DNA of 64,000 nucleotides, from NCBI GenBank assembly GCA_020137815.1, contig CM035360.1, forward strand, positions 2,232,001 to 2,296,000. Direction: 5' to 3'. The position numbers were made by a program, and so were the translations under genes. Origin of the DNA: Hormiphora californensis (lineage: Eukaryota; Animalia; Ctenophora). This document shows positions 36,401 to 51,858 of the stretch, piece after piece (within the stretch, counting starts at the first letter, position 1; each line of letters opens with the position of its first letter). A model generated the notes under the pieces. The model had not been told where the DNA came from. It made no database searches and was given only the letters and a program-made list of their open reading frames with translations.

Positions 36401-39400
36401 CCTTAGAACGGGTTAAGAGGATGGGTCCTGGTCCGCATGGCATAGTGCGCAAAATATTCTTGGCCTATGCTACAGGCCCTAGAAGCCGTGGAAAACGCGC
36501 GCACTTGGGGTCTGCAGCGCATGCCAAAAAATATTCTTGACTTTTCGAGTTTCGAAAAAAAAACCGCGCAACTTTTTCAGTTCGCGCCGTCACGATTCAC
36601 TTTGAAGATTCTTCAGCGCGCGCAATTTCTGTCCAAAACAAGCGCGTTTGTATATTTGCGCGTCCGATTTTCTTAATTAAGCAATTAACGATTAATTAAA
36701 CACTTTAGTTGGTCAAATTAGGTAAAATTATGTCGGAAAATGATAAATGTATCACTCTTTTTAAAGTCAAAGTGTCCCAAAAAGTCCAATCACTGTTTGA
36801 AATCATCCAACTTTGAGAGTCGATTCCTCTGTCCAGAAATCGTTTCTGGCTTATCCACCTATACGTTGCACCAGTTCAAGGGATTCTCTACCTGGGAAAA
36901 AAAGATGGTTACTTATAAAGCTGTCGTTTACTGGGACTAAGGGTTGGGGGAAGAGAGGTCAAATTAATTCAAATGGCCGTCAGTTTAGTTGAAGACCAGA
37001 AGAATAAGAGACAAATCCTTCGACACGAAGGTGTCAAATTGTCTCCTCTAACATATCCCAGAATTTTGGGTTTTATGGATATTCCGTTCTCCCGTAATTG
37101 CCAAAAAACCGATTTGAGCAAATCGGCGATTACGCCACGGTTTTTGAGAGTTTCAAATCGAGACATGTTCGTTGCATTCATTTAGAACATGACCGATCAG
37201 AAAATCCAAAAATTAAAACGCTAACTAGCGCCGTTTAGCAGAACGAAGCATTCTACGAGTGCCCTAGTCGTGACTGTGCCCCCTATGTGAGGGGATCGCC
37301 CTACGGGCGCGCGAACATGGGGGGCGCGACGTGCCCAAGTAAGGACCCATAAAAGAATGCTCGTAAATGGTCTTGGGAAGGCCCGTCTGTGATACTTCTC
37401 GTTTTGGTAATTTTTTGTGTCTACAAGGCCAAAGCAGCGTTCGTTGACGCATACTGCTGCAAAGATTATGGCCCAGGCATAGTTACTCAGCCCTCCTAAT
37501 TGAGTGGTTGTAGCAGGTGTGTTTCTAAACAATATTTTGAATGAAAGATAAGATTCCCTAAATTTTGGTCTGTTTGAGTATCTACTCAGCAATGTAGTGT
37601 TTTGGATGACCTGTGGTCTCCTCTCAGATGGAGAGTCAAAAGTTAAATCTATATGTAGCTTAGTTGATTTGTGCACTAACTTAATCAGTGGAATGCGAGC
37701 AGTGGGTAGTGCTAATTTAATGAGGAATTTACTGTCTTTGCTTTTGATGATTCTACAGATTTCTTTTATCAGGTGTGTGATTTTGTCAGTTGGAGAGTGG
37801 ACAATAGCGTCTAGGTCAGACCCTACAAGATTTAAACCACTTACAGTCGAACCAAAGAACGAAATGGTGGCGTTTGGTAGTTTGGTCGTGACCAGGCGAA
37901 TCTGGTCAGCTACTTCCTCCCATGTTTTTTTGGTCCGTGGGTTGTTTGATCAGGGGTCTAAGCACTTCTCCCAGGCTACTTGGCATGATTGCCTCTAATT
38001 GGGTCCTGCGGTGGACATTAATGTATAAATGGTCTTGTTTACTAAACTCCCCTAAGTTAGACTGAGGCTATTGAGTAGTCGGTAGTAGTTGTTCTTTCCT
38101 TTATTAAGTCAAGTCAAGTCAAGTTATCTATTATATAAGGTAGAAGGGCCTTGCAATGATTTGTATTCTGAGTCCCTAGGAGGCAATGGTTGCTATATAT
38201 TATTGGGACCAAAACGGTATGAATCATACGATTTGAGTATTTATTGATGCTGGTTCTAAAGTGGCCTATCTAATCATTATCTATGCCTTGATTAAATTGG
38301 CTGTTTAATGAAAGAGGATTTGTGTTTCTTGATATAAGATCAAGGTAAAACGTGTTGGGCTAAAACGGCTTGATTAGGTAATCGAATTAATTTTATTATT
38401 GGATCGCTTCACATATAGTTGTTGTTCAGTGGGCTAATATGATATATGTTCTGATAATATGCTAACATAATTATAGTTCTATGTACTGTGTAATTTACTA
38501 GAACGGAGAGTAATTCAAACTCAATTTCAATGGTTTTTTCACTATAAATAGAGAGAGAGATAGGTAAAATTTATGAAAAATTGGAAAGTTTTGCCGTGAA
38601 AAAGTAAACAATATCGAGTAGGGTTTCCGGGATCATGGTGTCCGGTGTATGGGAATGATGAGAGAGTTATGTGAAAGTGATTTTTATCAAATCTTTTGTT
38701 TGAAACTGTTAATTGCGAAACTTATCTACAAGTTTGTGCTGTGCTGTTAGTGAATCGCTGATTCATATGATATTTATTTGCTCGCTAGGGTGCCAATTCT
38801 CTGATGCTAGTTCTCTACTCCCCGTTTAATTTAAATAGGGTTTTAATCGTGGACAATTAGGTAAAAACAAGGAATAATTTGTGCAACCTATCTAGCGAGT
38901 GAGATCATTTGCGAATACCGTTTGGAAGTGCTTCTAGTATTTATTTTTACTAGCGAGACCTTACTGAAGTCTGATACTAAGTCGAATTATATAGTTAGTG
39001 ATAAGTAATGGTATTAATCAGGAAGCGACCGAATATTCGGTTCGGTTCGGTTCGGTTCGGAAATTCGGTGTTTTTTGGGCGGTTCGGTTCGGTTCGGTTC
39101 GGTAGGAAATTTTGGCCGAACCACCGAATTTTTTGGTCAAAAAATGCCCAGAAATCGGGCTTTTTCATGCAAAATTTTTCAATTATTTCACGAAAATTGT
39201 ATGGATTTCAATGTAAATTTCGCCGTATTAACCCTATTTCGAATCGGTGGTGCTATGTGGAAATGATTTCGCTAGTTAGCGGGTTCGATATGGATTGATT
39301 TGATACCTGACTTCCCGTCGAATCGTGTCCTCATGAGAGGGTAAACAAATTCAGAAACTTTTTTTTCAAAAAATTCATGGAGAGCACCGATCAAGGTGTT

Positions 39401-42400
39401 CAGAATCATTCTCTGAAATTTTGTAAAAAAGTTGGAAAATATTTCAAAGTCAATTTTATGGAAAATTTTCTATGTCAATTTTTGCGTACGAATCGTGTTT
39501 CGAATCGGTATTGCTAAGCGGGAGTGATGTTGCTAATTAGTGGGTCCGAGATGGATTATGCTGATACGTGATCCCCCATCAAATCTAATTAGGAAGTTTA
39601 GGAGAAACGATTCATGTTTCAATAAATCCTGCTAATTAGCGAGAGCACTGCCGCATAGCATCACCGATTCGCAACACGATTCGTACGGCAAAATTGACAT
39701 AGCATTTTTTTCCGAAATTGACTTTGAAATTCTGAATAATGAGTTCAGAGCAAGAATTAAATAGGGAAGAAAATCGAAAAATACTGGGTTTGACCGGGAA
39801 TTGAACCAGGGACCTCCAGAGAGACATGCTCGGAGCTATAAACCACTAAGCTACCAAACCCTTTGAAATATTTTACAAAGTTTTTTCACAAAATTAAATG
39901 TTTCTCTAAAAATTCATGGAGAGCATCGATCAAGGTATTGAGAATCATTACCTGAAATTTTGTGAAATTTTTTTTGTGAAAAATATTTTAAGTAAATTAT
40001 GGTATACGAATCGTGTTTCTAATCGACAATGCTAAACGGGAGTGATGCTGGTAATTAGTGGGTCCGAGATGGATTGTGCTGATACGTGATCCCCCATCAA
40101 ATCTAATTAGGAAATTTAGAGAGACACGATTCATGGTTCGTTTAATCCTGCTAATTAGCAATACCATTCCCGTATAGCATTGCCGATTCGAAACACGATT
40201 CGTACGCAAAAATTGACATAGAAAATTTACGATAAAATTGACTTTGAAAATTTTTTCACAAAATTGACTTTGAAATTTTTTCAAACATTTTTTAACAAAA
40301 TTTCAGAGAATGATCATGATTCTCAATACCTTGATCGGTGCTCTCCATGACTTTTTAGAGAAACATTTATATAGAAAAAGTTTTGTATGGCTCGGTTCGG
40401 TTCGGTTACCGAAATTCGGTTCGGTTCGGTTCGGTTCGGTTCGGTAAAAAAGTTTTTCAAATTCGGTTCGGTTCGGTTCGGTGGAAAATAACCCGGTTCG
40501 GTCGTTTCCTGGTATTAATGTGTGTTAATAAATTTTAAGCTCACTGGCATTATTATATTTATGTATTTTTTTTTTCGAAAATAGTTAGTATAAAGTAATC
40601 TATGATAATTTTTGCTTCTGTTTTTATAGGTTTTCATTGCCTGGCTCGACAATGTTTTTAGGGTTTTATAAAGTTACAAGCCTTTGTTCTGATAGAATTT
40701 TGGTTTTTAATAGTAATTTCCTGGTAATATTTTGTCCTAATAATTTCACCTTCTATATCATAGTGCAGTTTTACTAAATAAAATCATCGAAAATTGGAAT
40801 GCTTGTTGGTAATGAGTGTGTGGAGTATGACACTGTGTAGTTAATAGGGCAGCATTTATGGTTGTTGTGTGTTCATGTGTTACCTGCCCTGCTGTGAGTT
40901 ATATTAATTGTTTAGTATCGAGGTAGACTTCGTAGTCTTTGTGAATTTCGTATCATTATTTATGGTTTAAATTATTGTGGTTGTTGGTTCGTTAATGGTT
41001 CTAATGATACTATTTGTTGCGTACTTATTTCTGTAATCGACATGAACTGCTACCTGTCAATGATTATGTGTGTGTGTGTGTGTGTGTGTGTGTGGAGTTA
41101 TTAACCCCTATCCGGGTCTACATGAACTGAGTGTTTTGTAACGCTCTTTGTGATCGATTCTAAATTTATTTGTTATTCACTCATTGTGCGATGCTCATAT
41201 ATGTTGTAGAAATAGAATCATGGTGCACTACTATCTACCAATAGTTGTTTGTTAGTTAACCGTGTTCGTAGCCGAGTGTTTTTTTCTATATTTCATAAGA
41301 AGTGACCAGTTTTGTATGTATTAGATAGCGAGTTATTTTAGGACATATATGTTTTTGGTACTTCATTCGAGCTGTGCCTTGTCTACAGCTCTAGTCATGC
41401 AATGTTCCACATAGGTGGTGTACTGTTGTAGAGAGAACCTGGCCAATTGTTTGGACGGGCAGTGGGGTACTACTATGAAGCACTACTGGTGGGTATGTTT
41501 TACCAATCCCCATCGTGCTCTGTGGGCCTGAGATATAGAACTTTGAGTTGAGGAGCGGTTTATAGTAAATGGTTCTGTTTCGACTGATTCGTTTGCTGTA
41601 AGTAAACTTTGATTAAACGTGTGGCAGAACTACTGAGTATTGAGGGTGCAGGTGATCTATGTGTATTTATGGAGTTCCCTAGAGTACTCTACTAGGGCCT
41701 GTTTTATTTATTTGCTGACTGACTTGAGGAACAAGATTCGTGGGTTGGCCTTGTTTTGTTCAAATAAGGCAAGATTTGTCAAAGTGTATGCTATGAGGAT
41801 TAGGCCGTATGCAGATGAATCATAACTCTATATCAGTCTTTGCACGAGAAGACGATACAAACTGACCTTTGTGATGACAATGATTAAAGAGTCTATAATT
41901 AACTGTCAGAAATGGGTTGGTGGCTACTAGCTGAAGTGTAATGGAGTCAAGACTGCGTTTCTCCTGTCATATGGGAACATTGTTCCGGAAAAGGAGACGT
42001 GGGGATAGTCCCTCGTGAACTATGCTTCGGGGAGGACCCTAGGTATGTTTCTGACATTATGTCATTGGAGAGGTAAATCCCCCGGTAAATTAACTACGTT
42101 GAGAGACGACCTGGGATGCTTTTGAGGGACGAAATGTTGTAGGTTATCTGATTTCTTAATGTCTTGGCTAGGATATTAGCTAGTGATGATTCAATATTAT
42201 TATATGCTAGGTTACGGTACTTTGCTCTACCCCAGCTTCCCAAAGAAGCCCTTGGATAAATTCTCAGCTAGTGTGTAATGTGCAATTTGTATACTGTTTG
42301 TACTCTGACCTCTGTATTGTTGCTAGGTTGCAACTACCTGTCTTACTTAGTACTACACATCCACCCTGTTGGGTAGCGAGTTACGTTCGAAATAAGTCAA

Positions 42401-45400
42401 ATGGTGTTCCAGATTGAGCATAATTTTGCACGTGGTGTTCTGAAGGACCAGTTTGATGATGGAATTATGATTGAACTTAGGCTATTATATGAAGGAATGT
42501 TTGTTCTGACGGTCTCAACTGAGTTATTCAAGCTGTCTAGTTTAATATTTAAGTACTTTGGAGACGTTCTTCAATTTATCTACTTAAAGTGAATCTGAAC
42601 TCATCTGAATTATGTTCTCTTTTTGTGTGTATATTTTGATTGACTGCCCTTATTCTTTGTGCACGAAACTAAGATGTTAGATGCTTTAGTGAACGACTGA
42701 GATTTATGAAAGATCTGCCCGCTGTATGTTTCCCCTTTCACTGTTGATCAGTAGGGCGTGTAGTGTGAGAGAGATTGTGAGAATGTAGCTAGAGAATATA
42801 TTAAAAATCTTGTTCCTATAGATGTCCCTTTTGCCGTAAAGGGTGCTGCATTTTGACGTAGGTCATTTGAGGCTGATTAGTATAATTTTGGAGTCGTAGT
42901 TCGGAGTAAATGATTGGTTAGAGTAAATGATTGGTTAGAGTAAATGAGTAACTGATTGTACAGCAACGATTGCACTAATATTGTATCTGGAGTATGGAGG
43001 AGTACTTGAATTGTAGTAGTAGTAGGATGCTACGAATGAGGCGGGACAGGATATCTAATGAGGAAGTCTTTCGGAACATTCTTAGAGTTTCTGAGACTGC
43101 GGGGATGCGTAGACTTAACTTCACGAGGAGTACTGATGCAGGGAAGATATTGGGTTGTTTGACGGTGTCGATATCAAGGATCTAATGTTGTGTCTCACTG
43201 TAATGAATGCTCTGACAATGAAGTGAGTAGTAGAGGAAATGTAGGCTATTGTGACGTCAAGACGGTTTTCACACTGTTTTATACTGGTTTTGATCGGTGA
43301 AGAGTTATTTAGTGTGAGTAATAAAGCTCTAGATCTGGGTGGTTCACTGGTTCAACGTGTGTTTGAGTGTATTGTGACAAAACGGTATTTTTTCTACTGT
43401 GGTAAACAACTGCCCTTGATCCAGTATAGAGATTCTATAATTGGACCGATGGAAATTGTAGTGTCCTGGGGTGCTTAGAGAGACCCTTGGAGTTCTCAAG
43501 GATACCCGGCTATCTCTTAAAAAGAAAAGTGAGCAGTGCAAATGTGAGCGTGGCTTCATACTCAATGAGGTGTTACAGTGATCTCTCAGATTGACTCTGT
43601 GTAGTTGATCTCGGCTCTCAGCCGAAAGGAAGTAGTGGTTACTGCTCAAATAGCAGTGATAATGATAATTGGTATGATGTCTAGAAGCATCAATAATTTG
43701 GATACTGGGTGATGATCTATTGGGATTTGAATGAGTATGTTAATAACTTTTTGAGATACTTTGAGGTAATTAGTGCTATTCCAGAGGTGTGCTTGCCATG
43801 AATGTACCATGGCTTGAGTTAAGGACGTTGGCCTAATTCCTATTGTTACGAGACTTACGAATGGATAATGGATTAATTAAATTTAGTAAAACTTTAGTTA
43901 AATTGTTGCTTTACTCGCGAATGGGTAAGATTTCTCTATTGGGCTACAAAATTCAGTTGCGAGGTTTTCTTACGTGGTTTACAGCTGTATGTACTGCTCG
44001 TGTAATTAGAGTGTTGGCGTATCCCTAGATGAGCTAGTGAATTGTTTAAATGAACTTGAATTATATTATTATTGAAGAATATTGTGTTCGTTGGGTACTA
44101 TGTTTGACAGGCAAGATTTATTCGTGTGTAGGTAACAGGTGATTTGATTCGATAGCATTGAAAAAGATTGTTTTATCATTATTCTAAGCTTGTTGATTAA
44201 TTTATGCAGATGACGTGCTATATGTGGCCGGGTTTAATGATCTTAGCCGTGTTCCTTCCCTCTAACTTAAGTTGCAACTAAGTAAAGGAGTGCTATACTA
44301 GAGGCAAGAAATTCGGACTTTTTTTTCGGTAGAAAGTTATTGTGAGGGCGGTAGATAACACCTAGAATAATATTTTAATCCAGAATGTTGTCTGTTCCTA
44401 ACTACTGTAGGCCTATGATGAGCATAATGATTTAATATGTTTCTATGTTATACACTTTTAGCATTTAACCTCCTGCTGATTTAATTCTAAGCAGGTGCAG
44501 TTTGAGCCGACTTCTATTTCACAAACATTGTCTGTCTATTTTTTCATAGGGCCAATTTTATTATTTTTCGATCACAACAGTTATAGTCCAGGAAAAGTTC
44601 TAAAAAAATAGGCCAAATTTCGGCATTTCTGCATAAAAGCAAATTCCGGTTGATTTTGGTCAATTCGAGTATGCTGATCACGACTATAAACTTTTAGTGA
44701 ACTTTTTCGATGGGGAAAGTGGCTTAATTGGCCTTAATTGGCCTTAATTGTAAATGTGTCTAAAATATATTCTGCCTAGCTCAAAAAATCAGGAAAAATT
44801 CACTGATTATCGAAAAAATATTTTCAGATTTTATTTGTGTCGAAAATAGGCGGAATTGGCCTAATTGGGCATAATTGGGTGTAATTACAGTCGGACCCCG
44901 ATTTAACGGCACCCTCGGGGGAAAGGGTTTTGTACGTTAAATCGGGGTGTCCGTTAAATCGGGGTAGAGCATATTTGGCCTATAAAACCCTATTTTTGTC
45001 CAAAATGCTATACTAAAACACCTCTAAGTGTTAAATACAATGTCCATGTATTGATTACATGATCATTTCTGATTAGAAAAAGAAAATTATTTTCAAAATT
45101 TTCAAAAAAAGTTATAAAAATTTCTAAGGTACTATGTATATCAAACACGTCCGAATCGTTTATCGAATCAGTGCATCTTATCGCATGTCTTGCTGCTAAT
45201 TAGACGGTTCGAAACGAACCGATACGTGATACCATGTCGAATCGGGGCACCCTAAGCGGGTGAGGAAGTATCAAAATTTCAAAATAACTTTTTCTCTCAA
45301 AATTTATGGGGAGCACCGATCAAAGCATTGAGAATCGTACCGTAAAATTTTGCAAAAAAGTTTTAAATTTTTTAAAGGTATACCAGCCACGTCCGAATCG

Positions 45401-48400
45401 TGTTTCGAATCGGTGCATCTTATCGCATGTCCTGCTGCTAATTAGACGGTACGGAACGAATCGAAACGTGATCCCCATCGAATCGAAATTTTGACGCTTG
45501 GTGAACTTGTTATTCAATGGCCCCATGGGGATCACGTATCGGTTGGTTTCGAACCGTCTGATTAGCAGCAGGACATGCGATAAGATTCACTGATTCGAAA
45601 CACGATTCGGACGTGGCTGGTATCTTTTTGAAAAATTTTCAAAAAAATTTCACAAAAAATTTCACAAAAAATTCAAAAAATTTTTGGGGGAAAAAATCCT
45701 GTCCCTAAATCGGGGTGCCACTAAATCGGGGGCCCCTAAATCGGGGTCCGACTGTACTAGAATTCAAAATGTATTCTGCATAGCTCAAAAAATCGGGGAA
45801 AATTCACTGATTATCGGAAAAATATTTTCAGATTTTATTTGTGTCGAAAATAGGCGGAATTTGCCTAATTGGGCATAATTGGGCGTAATTACTAGAATTT
45901 AAAGTTTATCAAAAATGAGTTTTATACAGCTTAAAAAATCGAGAAAAATAAGTTGATTATCAGAAAAATACTATTGGAATTCATTTTTGTCTCAATTAGA
46001 CGGTAGAGCTAATTAAAAACCAATTAACTCACCAAATTGATGATGCGCGACATAAATGAGCCTCAGGAATGACAAATTCAACTTAAAAAGCTAATTTCTT
46101 CACTAATGTGTCCCCAAGGGTCTCTCCTAACACCACAGAAAATCCTAACATCCGGTGCGAGGAGCAACATGTTCATTTCCGGGGTATTGTACATGCACAC
46201 CATGTGCTGTGAGCGAGAAACTGAAAATCGTAAAAATCGGAGTTTTGGACCCGGAAAAAGATCGCACCGGATGTTAGGATTTTCTGTGGTGTTAGGAGAG
46301 ACCCTTGGGGACACATTAGTGAAGAAATTAGCCTTTAAGTTGAATTTGTCATTCCTGAGGCTCATTTATGTCGCGCATCATCAATTTGGTGAGTTAATTG
46401 GTTTTTAATTAGCTCTACCGTCTAATTGAGACAAAAATGAATTCCAATAGTATTTTTCTGATAATCAACTTATTTTTCTCGATTTTTTAAGCTGTATAAA
46501 ACTCATTTTTGATAAACTTTAAATTCTAGTAATTACGCCCAATTATGCCCAATTAGGCAAATTCCGCCTATTTTCGACACAAATAAAATCTGAAAATATT
46601 TTTCCGATAATCAGTGAATTTTTCCCGATTTTTTGAGCTATGCAGAATACATTTTGAATTCTAGTAATTACACCCAATTATGCCCAATTAGGCCAATTCC
46701 GCCTATTTTCGACACAAATAAAATCTGAAAATATTTTTTCGATAATCAGTGAATTTTTCCTGATTTTTTGAGCTAGGCAGAATATATTTTAGACACATTT
46801 ACAATTAAGGCCAATTAAGGCCAATTAAGCCACTTTCCCCATCGAAAAAGTTCACTAAAAGTTTATAGTCGTGATCAGCATACTCGAATTGACCAAAATC
46901 AACCGGAATTTGCTTTTATGCAGAAATGCCGATTTTAAATCGAACTTTGCCTGGACTATTATTATTTTCGCTTACTAACTGTTATGTCCTACTGACGAGT
47001 TCGTTTTTTTTATTTTTTTTTATTTTTAGCTACACTAGGCTCGACTGTACATTGGGTTGAGCACGCAACCTTCACAGGATTTTATAGCATATGTGACCCA
47101 ACTGGCTCTTTTAACCCAGTTTATAGTGACGGGTTACCAGTACATGTGATTGGCACGCCTGGGTTCCACTAACGGTCTGAACCACGGAGGACTTGTTTTC
47201 ACAACAGTCAACTATGATCTTAGCTTTGACCGTTTCCAGAGCTTCTATTTGTTGTGCCGCAGGGTCTTTGTGGACCCTCCTTCTGCTGAGCACTGGGGTT
47301 ATAGGGAACTCACCCCCTTTCCAGTGTTCCTAATATTTAAAGTGTAGTCTTTAATTATATAAATTTTCTATTCAATAGTACTTGGGTATCCTATGTGAGT
47401 GTGTATTGTGTAATGGAGCTGGTGAGGTGCTTTTACAAAAGCCGTGCGACAGTTATGAAATGCTTGATTTGAATTGATCTTAGTGTCTACTGTGCAGGTA
47501 TATTATAGAAGATAGCTCTTATTATCTCTCATTATGATATGGAGAATAGGACATGAATATCTTATTTGATTTGTTGAAAACATTAATTTAAGTTCATTGA
47601 TAATTATCTTCAATACTGGTGACACTAGCTAATTGTTCAATATTCATTTATGTTTCATGATATGATCTCGATTAAATGCTCTGTGTGGTTTTTCTCTACA
47701 CTTAGGCCTGTTATTAATTCGCAGTTGGCTATACTAATGTACACTAATCTCTCTAAGTACAATGGTGTGTTAGTTAGCTAAAATGGTGACACGTGTGTAT
47801 GGTTATGTGTATGCTTATGTGTGAGATGATCCCTTCCGGAAACCCATAATTTATCAAGGACGGTCGGTGCGTTTTCGCCAGAGAAGTAAGCTCTAGAATT
47901 AGCAATTGCAATGGTGTACAAATTCGTTAATTAATAATTATGATAAAATCTAATAAGATGTAGGTGAAATGCACGGATATTCAATTTCATATATTTTGAT
48001 GAGACGTAGAATGCTAAATAAGATGCTAAATGGGTTCAAAGTACTGGGTCATCTGTGACCTAATTGTCTACATGTCTAATTCTATTAACTAGTTTTAATC
48101 ATTAATATTCTATTTATCTAAATATTTATGGCTTCTATGTTTATCGGCATTCTGCTTAGTGAAATTATCAAATTGTCAGACATAATTTTAGACATGTGGT
48201 TTAGCAATAAAGTGGCACTATAAATCAAACATTAAGTTCTAACTTGGACATGGCACGCCCCTTCGTGTTCGTGCACGGAACGGCGCGGTATGTAATTTAG
48301 TTTCGCAGGTTGAAAAAAAAGTTATGTAATATGCTTACTTGCAATACATATTACATAATTTGTACGTGTGTGTAGTGTGTATGCGCGACAGTGTGTTCTG

Positions 48401-51400
48401 AACGAACATAAGCATCAGTCGGTTCGCGACCAAATTAGTGTATTTATTGAATTTATTTAAAGTTTTAGTGCGTTAAAGTTGGGTTGGTTCTTCCCAAGCG
48501 TCGTGTTGTCCCTGTCCGGGTTAGCATTGGCAATCGGCCTGGTGCTGGCTGCAGTTGTCTGAGTCTGCGTCGCGTCCACTGGTTGTGTGGATTTTATTAG
48601 TTTGTTGGGTCCTGTTTTTGACCGTTGCCAACTGTTGTTGTTTGACGGAGAGGGTAGTAGCGGTGGTCTGTTCAGTCCTTGTCCACCGTACCTGTTGTTT
48701 CTATAGTTGTTCATGTTATTCGCCCCTCTATAATTTTTCTTCTGCTGGTGTTGCTGGTATTGCTGGATCCTCTTACTAGAAGAAAAGCACTCATTCATCC
48801 AGTGCCAGCCACCACATTTTCTACACAGCGAAGGTGGTTGTGGGCTGTTCCGTTTAGCTGGACAATCTCTGGCAAAGTGACCATACTTTCTGCAGGAGTA
48901 ACATCTAAAAGTTTTGTACTGCGTCTTGGGATTCTCTTGTGATGCATTGGGTTGTTGTGCTGTTGTTGCCTGTGAAGGGGGATTTTGTGTGACATCGATC
49001 TCTACCGTAGTTATAGGTAAATTGGTTTCTTCCTGTGAGTGTATGGGAGGTGTTTCTAGTAGTAGGGCTATTTCCTCCTCTATGGTTGGTAAAATGTTGT
49101 GTCCACCCTCTAGTACAATGTCAGTAAGTTGATAATCGGTGAGATCTTTAGAACAGGAAGCCTCGGGGAATGGTCGAGCATTTTCCAAGACATCAACAAT
49201 CATAGCTGTTTCCTCCCCTCCTTTCTTGGCTGCACAATTTTCAATTTCCGCCTTGTTTCTCTGAGTTTTGGGTGCGAGAGTACTGATAATTGCTGGTTTT
49301 ATAGATTCCCAATCAAGTGTTTGTTCGGGCAAAAAATTGAGCGCTCGCACCTTATTTTTGTCCCCTTTGGACAGATAGGTGAGAAAAGAAATGACAATTT
49401 TATCTTTGCTCGGTGAGCTAAGATGCATATAGTTATCATAATCTTTGATAAATTCGGAGATACAGTCGGACCCCGATTTAACGGCACCCTCGGGGGAAAG
49501 GGTTTTGTCCGTTAAATCGGGGTGTCCGTTAAATCGGGGTTAAGCATATTTGGCCCATAAAACCCTATTTTTTTCCAAAATGTTATACTAAAACACATCT
49601 GTGTTAAATGTAATGTCCATGTATTGATTACATGATAATTTCTGATTAGAAAAAGAAAATAATTTAAAAAAATTTCAAAAAAATTATAAATCATCAACCA
49701 CGTCTGAATCGTTTATCGAATCAGTGCATCTTATCGCATGTCTTGCTGCTAATTAGACGGTTCGAAACGAACCGATACGTGATACCATGCCGAATCGGGG
49801 CATTTTAAGCGGGGTGAGGAAGAATTCGAATTTCAAAATATCTTTTTCTCTGAAAAATCATGGGGAGCACCGATCAAAGCATTGACAATCAATCTGTAAA
49901 ATTTTGCAAAGAAAGTTATGAAAATTTTTCAAAGGTATATCAACCACGTCCGAATCGTGTTTCGAATCAGTGCATATTATCGCACGTCCTGTCGCTAATT
50001 AGACGGTTCGAAACGAACCGATACGTGATCCCCATGGGGCCAGTTTAACAAAGTCAAAATTGCGATTCGATGGGCCTCATGGGGATCACATATCTGTTCG
50101 TTTCGAACCGTCTAATTACCGGCAAGACATGCAATAAGATGCACCGATTCGAAACACGATTCAGACGTGGTTGATACACCTTCAAAAAAATTTAAAAAAT
50201 TTTCAAAAAAAAATTTTCAAAAAATTTTTGGGGGAAATTTATCCTGCCGTTAAATCGGGGTGCCGCTAAATCGGGGGCCGTTAAATCGGGGTCCGACTGT
50301 ACTCATTGTTTCACTATTCGAAAATTTTAGGTTTTGTGGCGGCTTCCAAATTTGTTGTTTGTTCACTCGTATCGCGGAAATTTGTATAATTTACTTGGCT
50401 TTCCGAAAATTTTGGCCCCTTTGTATCATCTACGAATTCACCAATGTCAGATCTAGTACTATTTCCACCTCTTTGCAATGTTTTTGTGTCATTTTCATGT
50501 GGTGTGATCATCATTTGCACTAGTTCTTGGTAATTACTATCAAACTTGTTTAATGAAATAACTAGGTCTGTATTTGCTTTAATAGCGGTGTTATGATAAA
50601 TGTCACTATGTTAGTCGGTTGTCAAATATCAAAGGACAATTTAAATATCACAACTAGTTTTACAAGTGTACGCCACAACAAAAATACTACTTGTCACAGC
50701 ACCAGTTGTAGTGTGATTTGTCGTGGGTAATGGCTGGTCGTCTAGTGTTAGGCCCAAGGTGCGTACCTGGTCGTGACGGTGGTGTGCCGAAGTATAACAG
50801 CGACGTGGGAAGGTGTCGTTGAGAAGGTGTACACGTGCTTTACGTGTAGAACAGGGACAGGAGGTGGGGCACACGATTCAGTCGTGTGTAGAAGGGATCG
50901 ATGAGAGGACGTTGAATATCGACCAGTGGTGGGTGTTGTTGAAGGATTCGTAGAAGTGATACAAGTTGGTTTTGGGGTCGTTCAAAGAAGTAACTTGTTA
51001 CAAAACAAAACGTAAAACGTAAAACTTGGAAGTGAAGGCGGAGTTTGTTGTGGTGATTAATATCTTTTCGCCTTCCCATCGTCATGCCTATTGGCTTTAG
51101 CCAATTAGGAATGCCGATGATCAAGTGCGGTTGTTCTGAGTTGTTCTGACTAGTTCTGAGCTGTTCTGAGTTGTTCTGACTAGTTCTGAGCTGTTCTGAG
51201 TTGTTCTGACTAGTTCTGAGCTGTTCTGACGTTATATAATAGCTGTTCTGTCTCTATGCTCTCTAGTTCTCTGTGGTTACATAGCAACAGAGGGAGAGAG
51301 AGAGAGAGCAATAACGATTAACAGTTAGAGGTATAGAGAACTACTGATATATATCTCTCTGGGCTCTCACTGTCAGCCCCAGATAGTACTATGGTGGTAT

Positions 51401-51820
51401 AAATCGGCCAAATGAAAAAATAAGGAATAACAGAAATAAAAACAAAATTTAGTTTAATTTAAGAAATAAAAATACTAAAAAGTATAAAAGTAAAAGTAAA
51501 GTAAAAAACAAAAAAGTAAAAAGTAAAAAGTTAGAAAAAATAAAAACAAAAACAAAAATAAAAACAAACAAAAATTAAAATAAAACAAAAAAAAATCAAA
51601 AATAGAAAAAACTTTTTTTAGAAAAGCTTTTTTTTGAGTTGAACTTTTTTCTTCCTGAGTTGAACTTTTTTATTTGGGTCCCGGTCGTGGTATAAATCGG
51701 CCAAACGGCCAAAATTAGGAGGACCGTTCTGTAATATTTTGATCTCCGAAGTTAAACAACCGCTGGTCGGGTTAGTACTTGGATGGGTGACCAAACAACA
51801 TATCTCTCTCTCTCACACTC

Positions 51821-51858
<38 letters not shown>

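Noticed and set aside
39786-39861. Functional tRNA-Thr(TGT)
   Set aside because: Non-canonical anticodon loop, stem mismatches and location inside a TE.
42900-44050. Possible env-like remnant on the minus strand
   Set aside because: Only short Cys-containing fragments with many stops and no recognisable motif; needs a frameshift-aware HMM search.
47111-47293. Possible pol RT-connection remnant (QQIEALETVKAKI)
   Set aside because: Resemblance is too short to support a call.
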